Shown: positions 40,734 to 51,868, numbered from the stretch's first letter. The stretch is 64,000 nucleotides of DNA from an uncultured cyanobacterium (GCA_963740315.1 CAVUDP010000002.1:1952001-2016000), one strand, 5' to 3'. Notes: generated by a model from the letters alone, not told the origin. Program-made: numbers and translations.

Positions 40734-42164
40734 CTACTTCCTACTCGCTGTTTTCATATCATCACCGATGAAAAACTGTGCGATTAAATAAACCAATATT
40801 CCCGCAGTCATTCCGGGAAGTACTGCGTAAATTAACTTTGATAATTCGGGGGTTATTGTCCATATCAAAGCGGTTGATATTCCAACTAGCATCATTGCGA
40901 TCGCAATTGTTCTATTAATTGGTTTTTGCAGTACTCGTACCATAAACAATGGACCTAATGCTGATGCTAAAGCGGACCATGCGAAAGTAACTAAGAAAAA
41001 TACGCTTTGATCTCCGGTTAAGGCAATTACAAATACTGTTGCTGTAACAGTTAAAGTTCCTAATTTTACTATCTTATAAGAATGGGCAAATTGAGGAAAG
41101 ATATCTTGGGTAAGGGCTGCGGAGCAAGATAGTATCTGTGAATCTGCGGTAGACATAGTTGCAGAAAATACTCCTGCTAACATTAGTCCTACTAAGGCGG
41201 CTGGGAATAATTCTAAAGATAACAAAGGTAAAGCTAATTCAGAGCGATCGCCGTTTAACAATTCAGGTAACAGTACTCTTGCTGTTAAACCCACACCAAG
41301 GGAAGCTAATGCTGCGATTAAACTGGCGATCGCTTTGATATCGCGGGCTTTGGCAATGTTTTGTGCATTATCAATTGCCATTGCACGAACCATAATGTGA
41401 GGTTGCCCGACTACGCCAAATCCTGCTACTGTCCAACCGAGAAAGAAGGGTATAAAACCTAATGGTAAACCTGCTGGACTTAAGTTGACTAAAGCTGGGT
41501 CAATTTCGCCTAATTGGGTCAAAACTCCATTGAATCCGCCGCATTTTACAATTGACACAGCTAAAAGCAATAGCAACGAAAAAATCATAATTATTGACTG
41601 TATTGTGTCAGTCCAAATTGAGGCGCGGATACCTCCAGAAAAACAGTAGAGGACAACAATTACGGTTCCAATAATAACACCTACCCTATAATCCCAGTTA
41701 AAAATCGCACTGAGTGCTGTACTTCCTGCTGAAAGTTGTGCTGCGGCATAGGTACCAAGAAAAGCGATGGTAATTAAAGCTGAAATAACTGTAATCGCTC
41801 GAACACCGTTAGTGTTTTGACCTAAGAAACCCGAAACTGTCTCTGTTTGCGTCTCTTCAGAAATTTCTCTTAACTTTCTAAAAAAAAGCCACCAAGCAAT
41901 ATAGTCTCCTATAGCCCAACCAATGCTTAGCCAAATTGAAGAAATCCCTGTTTTATAAGCGTAACCAACTTGACCTATAAATAAGAAACCACTTTGTCCC
42001 GTTGACATTGCTGAAAGTGCTGTGAACCAAGGGTTTACACTTCTCCCCGCTAAAAGGTAATCTGTGGTATTATTTTGCTTCTGAGTTGCCGAATAGATTC
42101 CGACTACCGTAAACGAAAGCATAAAAGCAATGAAAGTAATCGCAATCCAAATTTGATCTGACAT
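40734..42164 (-). CDS. putP: Sodium/proline symporter (SSS family)
   Basis: DYLLAGR, ALSAMST..SG, Y...GG.RAS.WTD, GQPHIMVR, ATMSTADSQ. Confidence 0.85.
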   Translation of the reverse strand: MSDQIWIAITFIAFMLSFTVVGIYSATQKQNNTTDYLLAGRSVNPWFTALSAMSTGQSGFLFIGQVGYAYKTGISSIWLSIGWAIGDYIAWWLFFRKLREISEETQTETVSGFLGQNTNGVRAITVISALITIAFLGTYAAAQLSAGSTALSAIFNWDYRVGVIIGTVIVVLYCFSGGIRASIWTDTIQSIIMIFSLLLLLAVSIVKCGGFNGVLTQLGEIDPALVNLSPAGLPLGFIPFFLGWTVAGFGVVGQPHIMVRAMAIDNAQNIAKARDIKAIASLIAALASLGVGLTARVLLPELLNGDRSELALPLLSLELFPAALVGLMLAGVFSATMSTADSQILSCSAALTQDIFPQFAHSYKIVKLGTLTVTATVFVIALTGDQSVFFLVTFAWSALASALGPLFMVRVLQKPINRTIAIAMMLVGISTALIWTITPELSKLIYAVLPGMTAGILVYLIAQFFIGDDMKTASRK

Positions 42165-42815
42165 TATAATATTGGTAGGTAATTGAAATATTTCTTTTTA
42201 TTTTTTCATGATTCTGGCTTTTGGCAAGAATAAACTATTTTTACAGTTCATATTTTACCTTTAACATTTTGATTAAGTTAGGAACAATGACCGATAACGA
42301 AATGTCTGTTATTTTCATACAAATTTAATATTATTTAAACTTGGTGTTCATGTAAATAAATGATTATAGACATTCTAGGAGCAGATTATACAAAATTGAT
42401 ATAGAAAACAAATATAAAATGGTCGAACCAATATTTTTTGCAAAATAGATAATGGATAACTAATTAATAAATTTAAAAACATAGATATATTCATGTTACT
42501 TGTATAACATATGCCAAACTAAAATAGATATAATAGATACGTTGTATATTAAAATATAAATCACTTTATATTTCCATCTAGATTACGGCTAAATAAGATA
42601 AGTATATATAAAGATATTATTATAAATGCTTCACGACCTGTTAAAAATATTGAAACTAGAGATGCATTGAGAAAATATCGAACGAATAAATTTCCGATAT
42701 ATTTAAGCTTTTAATTTATATTTTTTTTTCACCAGATTTATTTGTGGGGTTAATCCTAAACCAATTGACTTTGTTTTTCTAATTTGATAAAAGTAATTTT
42801 CGGAGACTTTTAAAA

Positions 42816-44285
42816 ATGGGCTTGCAACCACCAATACCTAACAACGAACTAGCTAGATTAGCAGCACTTCGCGAATATCAAATACTTGATACTCCCCCAG
42901 AAAAAGTATTTAATGATTTTACCTTTTTAGCCGCACAAATCTGTCGTACCCCCGTTGCGCTGATTAGTTTTTTAGATGGCGATCGCCAATGGTTCAAATC
43001 GAAAATTGGTGTAGATGTAGAATGTACGAGTAGGGATGTAGCCTTCTGTGCTTATTCGATAATGCAGCAGCAACCGTTAATTGTCCCCAATGCTTTGAAA
43101 GACTCCCGGTTTGCCGACAACCCTTTAGTAATTGGAGATCCCAATATTCGCTTTTATGCGGGCGCACCCTTGATTACACCATCCGGATATGCGATCGGAA
43201 CATTATGTGTAATTGATACGGTACCACGAGATTTTAGTTTAGAACAACAAGAAGCATTAAAAGCATTAAGCAATCAGGTAATAGCGCAATTAGAAATGCG
43301 ACGTAACGTCATTACCGTATCGCGTACCGTCATGCAGCGACAGCAGAAAGAAGCCGAAGTTCGCCGTCAGCAAGAGTTTATTGAAGTTATTTATCGACGA
43401 GGATTAGATAAGATCCAAAAGGGAGATTACGAAGCAGCGATCGCTGATTTTAGCCAGTATTTACAGTTAAAGTCTAATGGAATTAAAGCCTATTATCAAA
43501 GAGGATTAGCCTTTCACAAACTGGGAGACTATCAAGGTGCAATTGCAGATTTAAATCAATATTTACACTTTAACCCGTCGGATGCCCAAGCAAGATACAG
43601 TCGGGGACTTATCCGTTCGGAATTAGGAGATTACAATGGAGCAACTGCTGATTATACAAAAGCAATAAGCATCAATCCTGACTATATTAATGACTATAGT
43701 TCGGAATTAATTCTTCCTCAAAGTAAAAATGATTCTTCACAAATAATGGATTCTATAGAGACTGCATCAATCGATGACTACACAGTTACTGTTGATTCTA
43801 ATATTGTCAGTTCCGAACTTAGCAATGAATACCATCGAACAATTTCTAAATCTATTGAAGTAGCATCTACTCCCCAAAATGCGGAAGCTTATATTAGTCA
43901 GGGTAATGATTATTATAAAAATGAAGATTATAAAAAAGCGTTGGAAAGTTATACTTCAGCTTTGCAATTAAATAGTAACAATATTGAAGCTTATTTAAAT
44001 CGGGGTAATGCTAATTATAAATTGAAAAATTACGGTGAAGCAATTGAAGATTACACCCAAACTTTGCGACTGAACCCTAAAAATGACAAAGCTTATATAG
44101 GATTGGGTAATACTTGTTCTAAACTCAGAAATTACGATAAAGCAATTGAATATTACACTCAGGCTTTATTAGTCAACCCTAAAAATGATAAAGCTTACAT
44201 CAATCGGGGAAATGCTCGTTCCAAACTTAAAGATTACACCGGCGCGATGGAAGATTATAAACAGGTATGGACGAAGAGGGGATAG
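42816..44285 (+). CDS. GAF domain plus TPR-repeat protein
   Basis: NELARLAALREYQILDT...RQWFKS...FC...IRFYAGAPL...GTLCVID; about seven TPRs (AYINRGNA...AIEDY). Confidence 0.9.
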   Translation: MGLQPPIPNNELARLAALREYQILDTPPEKVFNDFTFLAAQICRTPVALISFLDGDRQWFKSKIGVDVECTSRDVAFCAYSIMQQQPLIVPNALKDSRFADNPLVIGDPNIRFYAGAPLITPSGYAIGTLCVIDTVPRDFSLEQQEALKALSNQVIAQLEMRRNVITVSRTVMQRQQKEAEVRRQQEFIEVIYRRGLDKIQKGDYEAAIADFSQYLQLKSNGIKAYYQRGLAFHKLGDYQGAIADLNQYLHFNPSDAQARYSRGLIRSELGDYNGATADYTKAISINPDYINDYSSELILPQSKNDSSQIMDSIETASIDDYTVTVDSNIVSSELSNEYHRTISKSIEVASTPQNAEAYISQGNDYYKNEDYKKALESYTSALQLNSNNIEAYLNRGNANYKLKNYGEAIEDYTQTLRLNPKNDKAYIGLGNTCSKLRNYDKAIEYYTQALLVNPKNDKAYINRGNARSKLKDYTGAMEDYKQVWTKRG

Positions 44286-44451
44286 GGAGAAGGGGAGAGG
44301 GGGAGATGGGGAGATGGGGGAGATGAGGAGATGGGGGGTAGAGGGGGTAGAGGGGGTAGAGTTATAAATTGAAGACTGCTCACTGCTCACTGCTCACTGC
44401 TCACTCCTAACTCCTAACTCCTAATTCCCAACTCCTAACCTTTAACCTTTA

Positions 44452-44793
44452 TCACCCTTCATCTCTTCCGTGAACTTCAGCTGGGGGACTTGTTGCTTCA
44501 ACGGCGGTAAATGATTCTAATATTTTATAAGTGTGAGAAGCTCCTTTTGGTACTACCCAAGAATCACCAGCTTTTAATACAACTTTTTGACCTTCTAAAT
44601 GTAATTCCGCGCTACCTTTAATTACATAACCTACAGTTTCATATTCTCTTGATGCTGCTTCTTTTGGTTCGTTGGGTTGTTCGTTTTCCCACAAACGCAT
44701 AGAAACAGTCTTACCGGAAGCTAAATATTTTTGTCCCATTTCCCCTTTTGGAGAATTAGCTGAATCTATTTTTTTTACGCTTGTATCACTCAT
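44452..44793 (-). CDS. Cupin domain protein
   Basis: YETVGYVIKG...GDSWVVPKGASHTY...EATSPPA. Confidence 0.88.
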   Translation of the reverse strand: MSDTSVKKIDSANSPKGEMGQKYLASGKTVSMRLWENEQPNEPKEAASREYETVGYVIKGSAELHLEGQKVVLKAGDSWVVPKGASHTYKILESFTAVEATSPPAEVHGRDEG

Positions 44794-44924
44794 GTTTTTT
44801 CCTTATTTTTACTTATTTACAACAGATAATTATCAATTGGCAATTAAACAAAATTATTATTTAGTTTGTAGTAAGGACTTTAGTCCTTTAAATAAAAATT
44901 GATAACTGCTAACTGTTAACTGAA

Positions 44925-46094
44925 TCACGGTTTAAGCACAACTTTGATACAGTTATTTTCCTTTTGCTTGAAAATTTCGTAACCTTTGGGTGCTTGATCC
45001 AAAGGTAATTGATGGGTAATTACAAAAGATGGGTCAATATCGCCGTTTTGAATATGCTCTAACAACGGTTTTAAATATTTATGAACGTGGGTTTGTCCAG
45101 TTTTTATAGTTAACCCTTTGTTCATTGCCGCACCCATTGGGAATTTATCTATAAACCCACCGTAAACGCCGGGAACTGAAACGTGACCACCTTTACGACA
45201 AGCTACAATTACCTCCCGTAATGCCGTTGGACGATCGGATTCCAAACGCACCGCTTGCTTTGCTTTGTCGAATAAACCCATGAAATCGGTACCGTGGGCT
45301 TCCATTCCGACTGCATCTATACAAGCGTCGGGACCTCTACCGCCAGTCATTTCTTTAAGCGCTTCGCCTACGTCTACTTCTGTATAGTTGAGAACTTTCG
45401 CTTTCCCGTATTCTTCCGCCATTTTCAAACGTTCGGGGATGCGATCTATAGCTATAACTTGCTCTGCACCAAGCATATAAGCGCTTCTGATGGCGAATTG
45501 TCCCACCGGACCGCAACCCCAAACGGCGACTATATCACCGGGTTGGATGTTGCAGTTTTCCGCCGCCATGTAACCTGTAGGAAAGATATCGGTTAAAAAT
45601 AATACCTGCTCGTCCTTTAATCCATCGGGGACTTTAAACAAGCCGACATCGGCAAAAGGTACTCTAGCATATTCCGCTTGTCCGCCAGCGTATCCTCCTA
45701 ACATATGAGAATAGCCAAATAAACCCGCTGGCGAATGTCCCATCAATTTTTCTGCTATCCAAGCGTTGGGGTTGGAATTATCGCACAAAGACCATAAATC
45801 GCGATTGCAAAAAAAGCAGCTACCGCAAGAAATCGTGAAGGGAATCACAACGCGATCGCCAACTTTGATATTCTTAACCGCTCTACCTAGTTCGACAACT
45901 TCCCCCATGAATTCGTGTCCGAGGATATCTCCCTTTTCCATCGTAGGAATATATCCATCATAAAGATGCAAATCGGAACCACAAATTGCCGTTGAAGTGA
46001 TTTTAACAATGGCATCGCGGGGGTTAAGAATTGTGGGATCGGGTACATTTTCTACCCGTACATCATTAGCACCATGCCAGCAAACAGCTTTCAT
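44925..46094 (-). CDS. Zinc-dependent alcohol dehydrogenase (glutathione-dependent formaldehyde dehydrogenase-like)
   Basis: ICGSDLH, GHEFMG, CGSCFFC...C, GGQAEY, DIFPTGY, GCGPVG. Confidence 0.92.
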   Translation of the reverse strand: MKAVCWHGANDVRVENVPDPTILNPRDAIVKITSTAICGSDLHLYDGYIPTMEKGDILGHEFMGEVVELGRAVKNIKVGDRVVIPFTISCGSCFFCNRDLWSLCDNSNPNAWIAEKLMGHSPAGLFGYSHMLGGYAGGQAEYARVPFADVGLFKVPDGLKDEQVLFLTDIFPTGYMAAENCNIQPGDIVAVWGCGPVGQFAIRSAYMLGAEQVIAIDRIPERLKMAEEYGKAKVLNYTEVDVGEALKEMTGGRGPDACIDAVGMEAHGTDFMGLFDKAKQAVRLESDRPTALREVIVACRKGGHVSVPGVYGGFIDKFPMGAAMNKGLTIKTGQTHVHKYLKPLLEHIQNGDIDPSFVITHQLPLDQAPKGYEIFKQKENNCIKVVLKP

Positions 46095-46164
46095 TATTAT
46101 TATTAGTTGTTAGTTGTTAGTAGTTAGTTGTTAGAAGAATGAGGCAAAACATTTATAGAATCGC

Positions 46165-46209
46165 ATTAATCCGGTTTAGATCGGCTTTTCTTCACCAAAC
46201 CGGATTAAT
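46165..46209. terminator. 13-bp perfect inverted repeat between co-oriented genes (stabilising or terminating hairpin)
   Basis: attaatccggttt...aaaccggattaat. Confidence 0.45.
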
Positions 46210-46233
46210 ATCACCCCATAACAACAATCGGTT

Positions 46234-46626
46234 TTACTCTGAATAATATGGCTTTTGCTTACCAGTTATTGGTTCAAATGTATTTTCAATTTTGTCTTCA
46301 GTTGAACGTAGAAAATCTTTGGTACTTTCGGGTAATGGTTCGTCAAGATTAAGCTTTTCCCGGATGTTATCACCAGTCTCTTTGAGATTTTCTTTAAGAT
46401 TTTCGATTGGATTATTGCTGTCAAGATTAATCCGAGAATCTGCATCTGGTACCCTGTATTCAGATGCTTCTGGTGTCAACGTTGCGGCTTGCGCTGCCAT
46501 ATTTGGATAGCTAAAAGCCGATATAAATAATAAAAAGCTCAATCCGAGCAAAACAACTGCATCAGTTCTCTTCTTGATGATATTTTGAAACCAATAAATC
46601 AATCTTTCTATTAACCTTTTCATCAC
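46234..46626 (-). CDS. Hypothetical exported protein
   Basis: Hydrophobic signal ending AQA; NIREKLNLDEPLPESTK.F motif. Confidence 0.72.
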   Translation of the reverse strand: MMKRLIERLIYWFQNIIKKRTDAVVLLGLSFLLFISAFSYPNMAAQAATLTPEASEYRVPDADSRINLDSNNPIENLKENLKETGDNIREKLNLDEPLPESTKDFLRSTEDKIENTFEPITGKQKPYYSE

Positions 46627-46677
46627 ACACCTGTATATTGTTTACTTGAATTTTGACTGTCCGAAAAAAACCTGCAA

Positions 46678-47178
46678 TTACGAACTACCTTTCGATTGTC
46701 CTTCTGTAGTTGCAATTTCCCCCGCTTCCATTATCATCTTAAATCGGTTCAAATCATCGCCAATTTGCTGTTTTGGTTCTTCACCAAAAAGTTTGGCGAT
46801 AGACGCACCAAAGGTGAACGCAGCACCAATTACACCGCCGGGTGGTTCGTAAACGATGACTACTTTAACTTCCGTTCCGCGATCGCCAGGAGCTTTATTG
46901 AAGCGAACAAAACCGGAATTTTCAATATCCGCATCTTTTACCGAAGACCAAGAAATCAACTCGTTTTTTTGGTCTTCAATAATATTAGCATCCCATTCCA
47001 CGCTCGTACCTAAAGGAGCTTTTGCAACCCAATGCGATCGCTTTTCATCAACTACCTTAACCAACTTCAGATGATTCATAAATTGGGGCAAATTTTCAAA
47101 GTTATGCCAAAAATTATAAAGTTCATCCTGTGGTTTATTTATAGTTACCGTCTTTTCAACTTTTATGGTTTTGCTCAT
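46678..47178 (-). CDS. SRPBCC (polyketide cyclase/dehydrase) family protein
   Basis: VTIN.P..ELY.FW..FENLP.FM.HL, SHWVAKAP, W.A.I, DL.RFK..MEAGEI. Confidence 0.9.
   Translation of the reverse strand: MSKTIKVEKTVTINKPQDELYNFWHNFENLPQFMNHLKLVKVVDEKRSHWVAKAPLGTSVEWDANIIEDQKNELISWSSVKDADIENSGFVRFNKAPGDRGTEVKVVIVYEPPGGVIGAAFTFGASIAKLFGEEPKQQIGDDLNRFKMIMEAGEIATTEGQSKGSS
46801..46818. mobile_element. 18-nt insertion splitting a HIP1 site, in frame within the SRPBCC gene
   Basis: GCGAT[agacgcaccaaaggtgaa]CGC; adds FTFGAS inside GAA|IAKLFGEEP. Confidence 0.65.
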
Positions 47179-47289
47179 TTTGTAATATCTTATTCATCTC
47201 AAAGTTTGTAGTAAGGAATTTATTCCTATTATTTAAGTTATTTAGGACTGAAGTCCTTACTACGAACCTTGTTATTTTTTTACAATTGA

Positions 47290-48381
47290 TTAAACAGCAG
47301 TACCAGTTGTAGGCTTAGCTGGTTTTAATTCACTGCCCATTCTTGCTCTGTAAAGGTCTACCAAACGCTGTTCGTAAGCCATCAAATCTTTTTGAAGGTG
47401 AGTGAAAATTTCGGTAGTCACGGGGTCGGTATATGCTGCCATCATGGTGCCGACATCATTTATTGCTGTTTGCAAATCGCCTAAAGCGCAGCGAATTTGA
47501 TAGATATCATCGCTACCCTTAATAGCATTTTTTACCTTTGCATAACCTTCAGCAATTTTTGTAGTCAAAGATGGTTTTTCACCAAATTCATCCAACCGCG
47601 CTTCTAATTTCTTAATGTGAGTTGCTTTACTAGCAATCATGTCTTGGAACAGAGATTTAAGCTCCGTATCGGATGCTTTTTGGGCATAGGTTTCTAAAGC
47701 TTTATGAGAATAACGTTCTCCAGCCAAAATGGTATTCAAACCCTTAACAATATCGCTTTTATGAGAGCCACCCCAAGCATCTGCTATTTTCCACCATTCA
47801 GCATTTGGATCGTCTCCACTTGGTAAATCGGCTTCTTTACCACCGTAACCCAAACGGCTTAAAATAGCGGTTGTAAAAATAGGTAAATCTCCAGGTTGAC
47901 GAGAAGTAATTAAGTTATTATCTACCACCAAAGGCTTATCTTCGTAATTAGCACCAGCGTTAATCATGTCTTTACGAATCGCGCTGAAACCAGTAGCGGT
48001 TCTACCTTTAAGCAAATCGCCTTCAATTAACAATTGTGGTCCGTGACATACCGCAGCAACTATTTTACCTTGGCTCATTGCTTCTTGTACGAAGCGCACG
48101 GTGTTAGGATTGCGGCGCATTTTATCGGGAGCCATTCCTCCAGGAATTATTACCGCATCAAAATCGTCAGCCATTGCTTCGGTAGTAGTTCCATCAGCTT
48201 GTTGAGAAACTTTACCTTTTTTACCTTTATAAGCTTGGTTCATACGAGAACCTAAAACAGATACTTCCATTCCTGCTTGTTTTAAAGCTTGATAAGGAAC
48301 TTGAAATTCTGAATCTTCGACTCCATCTTCAATCAGAATTGCAACTTTATGTTTACGAGAATGACTATTTGTAGATACCAT
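47290..48381 (-). CDS. DJ-1/PfpI family protein fused to a ferritin-like domain
   Basis: GVEDSEF, IPGG.APD.MR, AAVCHGPQ, ITSRQP.DLP; C-terminal four-helix bundle. Confidence 0.9.
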   Translation of the reverse strand: MVSTNSHSRKHKVAILIEDGVEDSEFQVPYQALKQAGMEVSVLGSRMNQAYKGKKGKVSQQADGTTTEAMADDFDAVIIPGGMAPDKMRRNPNTVRFVQEAMSQGKIVAAVCHGPQLLIEGDLLKGRTATGFSAIRKDMINAGANYEDKPLVVDNNLITSRQPGDLPIFTTAILSRLGYGGKEADLPSGDDPNAEWWKIADAWGGSHKSDIVKGLNTILAGERYSHKALETYAQKASDTELKSLFQDMIASKATHIKKLEARLDEFGEKPSLTTKIAEGYAKVKNAIKGSDDIYQIRCALGDLQTAINDVGTMMAAYTDPVTTEIFTHLQKDLMAYEQRLVDLYRARMGSELKPAKPTTGTAV

Positions 48382-48471
48382 GTTTTTTCTTTTATGTTAG
48401 ATTTATTTTGATTTATTTGATTTCAAGATTTGACTATTCTTACCGTCAATTAGAGCTATTTTTGCTTTTAT

Positions 48472-48876
48472 TTACGAAGCAGATACTTGATTTTCAGATG
48501 CGGTGGGGAAAAGCTCTGCATAATCATCAGAAAAATTATGCTTAAAATCGGCATATTCACCCGGAGATACCGCACTTTGCAGCACTGTAAAAACAGCCCG
48601 AACGTGCATAATTGCCTCGGTAGATTCTACACCTTCTTTCTTACTTACACGCTCGATAAATTCTTCTAACTTAAAATGTTGACCGTTTTCACCTTCACGC
48701 CCCCGTAGATATTTAGCTATTTCTTCCGGTAATTGTGCGCCTAAATCCTTCGCTTCATCGCCAACAATCCGCTCTTTAATAGTTTCTAACGTAGCGCGAG
48801 TTGCTTGTTCTGCTTTTTCACGAGAATCAACTTGAGCAACGCTTTGAACGTGTTTGATAAATTCGTCGTACTTCAT
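48472..48876 (-). CDS. DUF2267 domain protein
   Basis: YDEFIKHVQ...A..ATRATLETI.ERI...EA.DL.AQLP...EFI.RV...RAVF.VL. Confidence 0.85.
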   Translation of the reverse strand: MKYDEFIKHVQSVAQVDSREKAEQATRATLETIKERIVGDEAKDLGAQLPEEIAKYLRGREGENGQHFKLEEFIERVSKKEGVESTEAIMHVRAVFTVLQSAVSPGEYADFKHNFSDDYAELFPTASENQVSAS

Positions 48877-49255
48877 GGCTTATATTTCCTATTTGTTTTC
48901 AATTTAATTCAACACCTCTATAGGCTTTTTGTTTTAATTATTTACTATTTATTTCAACGATAAAAAGCTGCGTAAAGTTAAAAAAATATATATATAAGAT
49001 GAATATAGCTCAGTCTATTTTCTGTTTCCTTTTACTAAAAAAAAAGCTATCAATCAACAATCGGGGCTATTGTTTGACAATAACGAGTTTATGTTGACTC
49101 ATAGCTTCAAACAATTCATGAGGTTGCTTTTGTGTGGATTATTATTTACTACGATATGCATCTGTTAACTATTTCACTTCGTTCGTAGGGGAGATATTAA
49201 CTTACCCCTTTGGTTATAGTTCTTTCGGAAGAGAAATATTTGAATATAAAGAGCT

Positions 49256-49702
49256 ATGGTGAGAATGCACCACATTAAAAGTATTATGAGCGAACAAAAA
49301 AGTAAAAAGGAGCAAAATATCAATAACGAAGCTGAAGTTAGCGATTTACCCCAGGAAATAACTGAATCCTACGGAACTGGAGTTAGTCAACAACCGGGAA
49401 TGAATATCGGCGGAAGAGAAATAGAACAACAGTTGAACGAGCATAATGCCACAAGCCCGGAATTAACCGGAGGTGATGTTGATGCGTATTGGCAAGGTGC
49501 AAACTCTGTGGGTGATGAAGCCGTTGGTGGTACTGTTGCCACACCCGATAAGAATGTCACCGAAGAATTAGAAAAAGCTGTCGGCTTGGAAATGGATGAC
49601 AAACAACCCCTACAAACAAACGATATTTTAGATAGACGTGATGATAATCGCTGGGAATTAGATCCCAAATCATCGGAAGATTATGAAAATCACCCCAAGT
49701 GA
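49256..49702 (+). CDS. Acidic conserved protein (DUF6335-like; likely start 49286)
   Basis: SPELTGGDVDA.W..A..VG.EAVGG...TPD, RD..RWELDP.S. Confidence 0.75.
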   Translation: MVRMHHIKSIMSEQKSKKEQNINNEAEVSDLPQEITESYGTGVSQQPGMNIGGREIEQQLNEHNATSPELTGGDVDAYWQGANSVGDEAVGGTVATPDKNVTEELEKAVGLEMDDKQPLQTNDILDRRDDNRWELDPKSSEDYENHPK

Positions 49703-49804
49703 TATGTAATATATAGAAATTCGTTAATTATTTCTAATTATTTAGAAACCCGGTTTTTTGGAAAAACCGGGTTTTTGATCTAGAAAACAAATAGTTAGTA
49801 GTTA

Positions 49805-49974
49805 GTAGGTTGGGTTAGATAGGAAAAATAAATTGAATCCTGTCGTAACCCAAGATCGGTATTTAGAATCAAGTCAAATATTCTGTCATGTCGATCGCGC
49901 AATGTTGGGTTACGACGATGCAGATTAATTTCTAGTTTAAAACTGTTATTGTCGTGCGTCTAACCCAACCTACG
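49805..49974. repeat. REP/MITE-like palindrome of the gtaggttgggtta family
   Basis: gtaggttgggttaga...tctaacccaacctacg. Confidence 0.75.
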
Positions 49975-50288
49975 AAACTTTATATTTTACTACTTTAGAT
50001 TATTGACTTTTTGCATACTACTATTTATGATTCACAGTTTAATTTTGAAAATAATATTACGATTAAACCCCAAGACATTTATTACCAAGAGTTTCGGCAA
50101 AAATTCAGAACTGCAATCGCGATTCATCTCAAATAATTGCACTTTTTAAAATATTCGTTAGAGTGAGATTATTGATTAATTTTTTCTCCTTTTTGATATC
50201 AATACATCTGTCTTCAGTAAGTTTAAATACTTAATACTGCTTTGATAAAGTTGAAATTAATAATAATTTTTTGCAATCGGAGTCAACT

Positions 50289-50780
50289 ATGGAAGCTACA
50301 CAAACTAACGACCCTAAAATTCGTGAATTAGTCCAAGCATTTCAGAAATTAGGTGTAGACGAACAGCTAGCTTTGTTCTATTTCATCTACAAAGAAATGG
50401 GTGATTCTATTACACCTGCTGCACCTGGCGCTAGTACCGTTTCTCCAGCAGTTGCTGACGGTTTATTCAATCAAGTTAAAGAATTATCTCACGAAGAACA
50501 ACTACAGCTGCAACGCGACTTAATTAACAAAGCTGATACCGTACATACCCGCGAATACGGTTCAATGAGCGATACAACCAAGCTGCTATTTTGGTATCGT
50601 TTAGCTCAAGGTATGGATGCTAATACTATTATCCCCATGCCCGGTAACTACGAACTTGCTTCTGAATCTAAACAATTGATGGATAAAATCAAGAAGTTAG
50701 ACTTTGGTGTACAAATGAGCCTTTTCCGCGATTACGTAGCGCCAATGGGTGCCGATGCTAAACCTGGTGCTGAAATTTAA
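50289..50780 (+). CDS. Helical carotenoid protein (HCP; OCP N-terminal-domain homolog)
   Basis: VDEQLAL.Y.IY.EMG.SITPAAPGA, Q.K.LSHEEQLQLQRDL, REYG, KLLFWYRLAQGM. Confidence 0.9.
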   Translation: MEATQTNDPKIRELVQAFQKLGVDEQLALFYFIYKEMGDSITPAAPGASTVSPAVADGLFNQVKELSHEEQLQLQRDLINKADTVHTREYGSMSDTTKLLFWYRLAQGMDANTIIPMPGNYELASESKQLMDKIKKLDFGVQMSLFRDYVAPMGADAKPGAEI

Positions 50781-50940
50781 TAGTTTTGTTTTTTTTTGAA
50801 GAGTTTTTTGTGATTTCTTTCGGTTTAGGCAGTACGAACTAGAAACCGTGTTTATTTATTCGCATAAAAACGGTTTAAATGCGTAACTGCTAAAATAATC
50901 AATCAGATTTGATGTAACTTTTTTATCATCTTAAAATGAG

Positions 50941-50981
50941 CGCGGAGGAAAATAACTTTTCTCTGCGTTTGTCTTTTTTTT
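50941..50981 (+). terminator. Rho-independent terminator candidate
   Basis: cgcggaggaaa-ataac-ttttctctgcg followed by a T-rich tract. Confidence 0.5.
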
Positions 50982-51033
50982 GTATATAATGTTAAATCTT
51001 CTTAATTAACAAGAATTAGGACAATAAAAATCT

Positions 51034-51732
51034 ATGAGTTTGATTTTAACTAACGATGACGGTATTGATGCGCCCGGTATCCAAGCACTGCTCAAAGCTG
51101 TAGAAAAATCCGCAATTTCATCTCAAGTTATTATCGTAGCTCCTCAAGAACATTTATCCGGTTGCGGACATCAAGTTACTACTGTTCGCCCTATAAGCAT
51201 ACAGCGTCGCTCCGATACCGCATATGCCATAGCAGGTACTCCCGCTGATTGCGTTCGTTTGTCTGTTTCACATATTTGTCCCGAAGTCAAATGGATACTA
51301 TCGGGAATTAACGCCGGAGGAAATATGGGAGTTGATTCCTACATTTCCGGTACCGTCGCGGCTGTACGAGAAGCAGCAATGCATGGTATTAAAGGAATTG
51401 CAATTTCTCAATATAAGAAAAGAGGCTGGGAATATAATTGGGATAACTCGATCGAATGGACGGCTAAAATTCTCGCAAACTTATCAAATCGTCCCTTACC
51501 TTCAGGAAGTTTTTGGAACGTTAATTTACCCCATCTGGGCAGCGAAGAAACAGATCCAGAAGTTGTCTTTTGTCGCCCTTGCGCTAAACCTTTACCAGTG
51601 AATTATCGTAACGAAGGCGATAAATTTTACTACGTTGGCGAATATGCCAAACGAGAGAGAACCCCCGGTAGCGATGTTGATGCCTGTTTTTCTGGGAAAA
51701 TAGCGGTAACACAGTTATCAATTAACAATTAA
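51034..51732 (+). CDS. surE: 5'/3'-nucleotidase SurE
   Basis: LTNDDGIDAPG, VAP...SG.G, GTPADCV, SGINAG.N.G...SGTVAA..EA. Confidence 0.95.
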   Translation: MSLILTNDDGIDAPGIQALLKAVEKSAISSQVIIVAPQEHLSGCGHQVTTVRPISIQRRSDTAYAIAGTPADCVRLSVSHICPEVKWILSGINAGGNMGVDSYISGTVAAVREAAMHGIKGIAISQYKKRGWEYNWDNSIEWTAKILANLSNRPLPSGSFWNVNLPHLGSEETDPEVVFCRPCAKPLPVNYRNEGDKFYYVGEYAKRERTPGSDVDACFSGKIAVTQLSINN

Positions 51733-51736
51733 CAAT

Positions 51737-51868
51737 TAAGTAGGTTGGCGTTGAAAATTGCAATGCCGGATAAGGGAGTAGGGAGTAGGCAATAGGGAGT
51801 AGGAGTAAGGCTTTTAGGCTAAATTACATTTTGTTATATAGTTCGGTTTATTCGTGCCAACTTACTTA
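51737..51868. mobile_element. TA-flanked MITE-like element with internal heptamer repeats
   Basis: TIRs taagtaggttggc...gccaacttactta. Confidence 0.7.
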
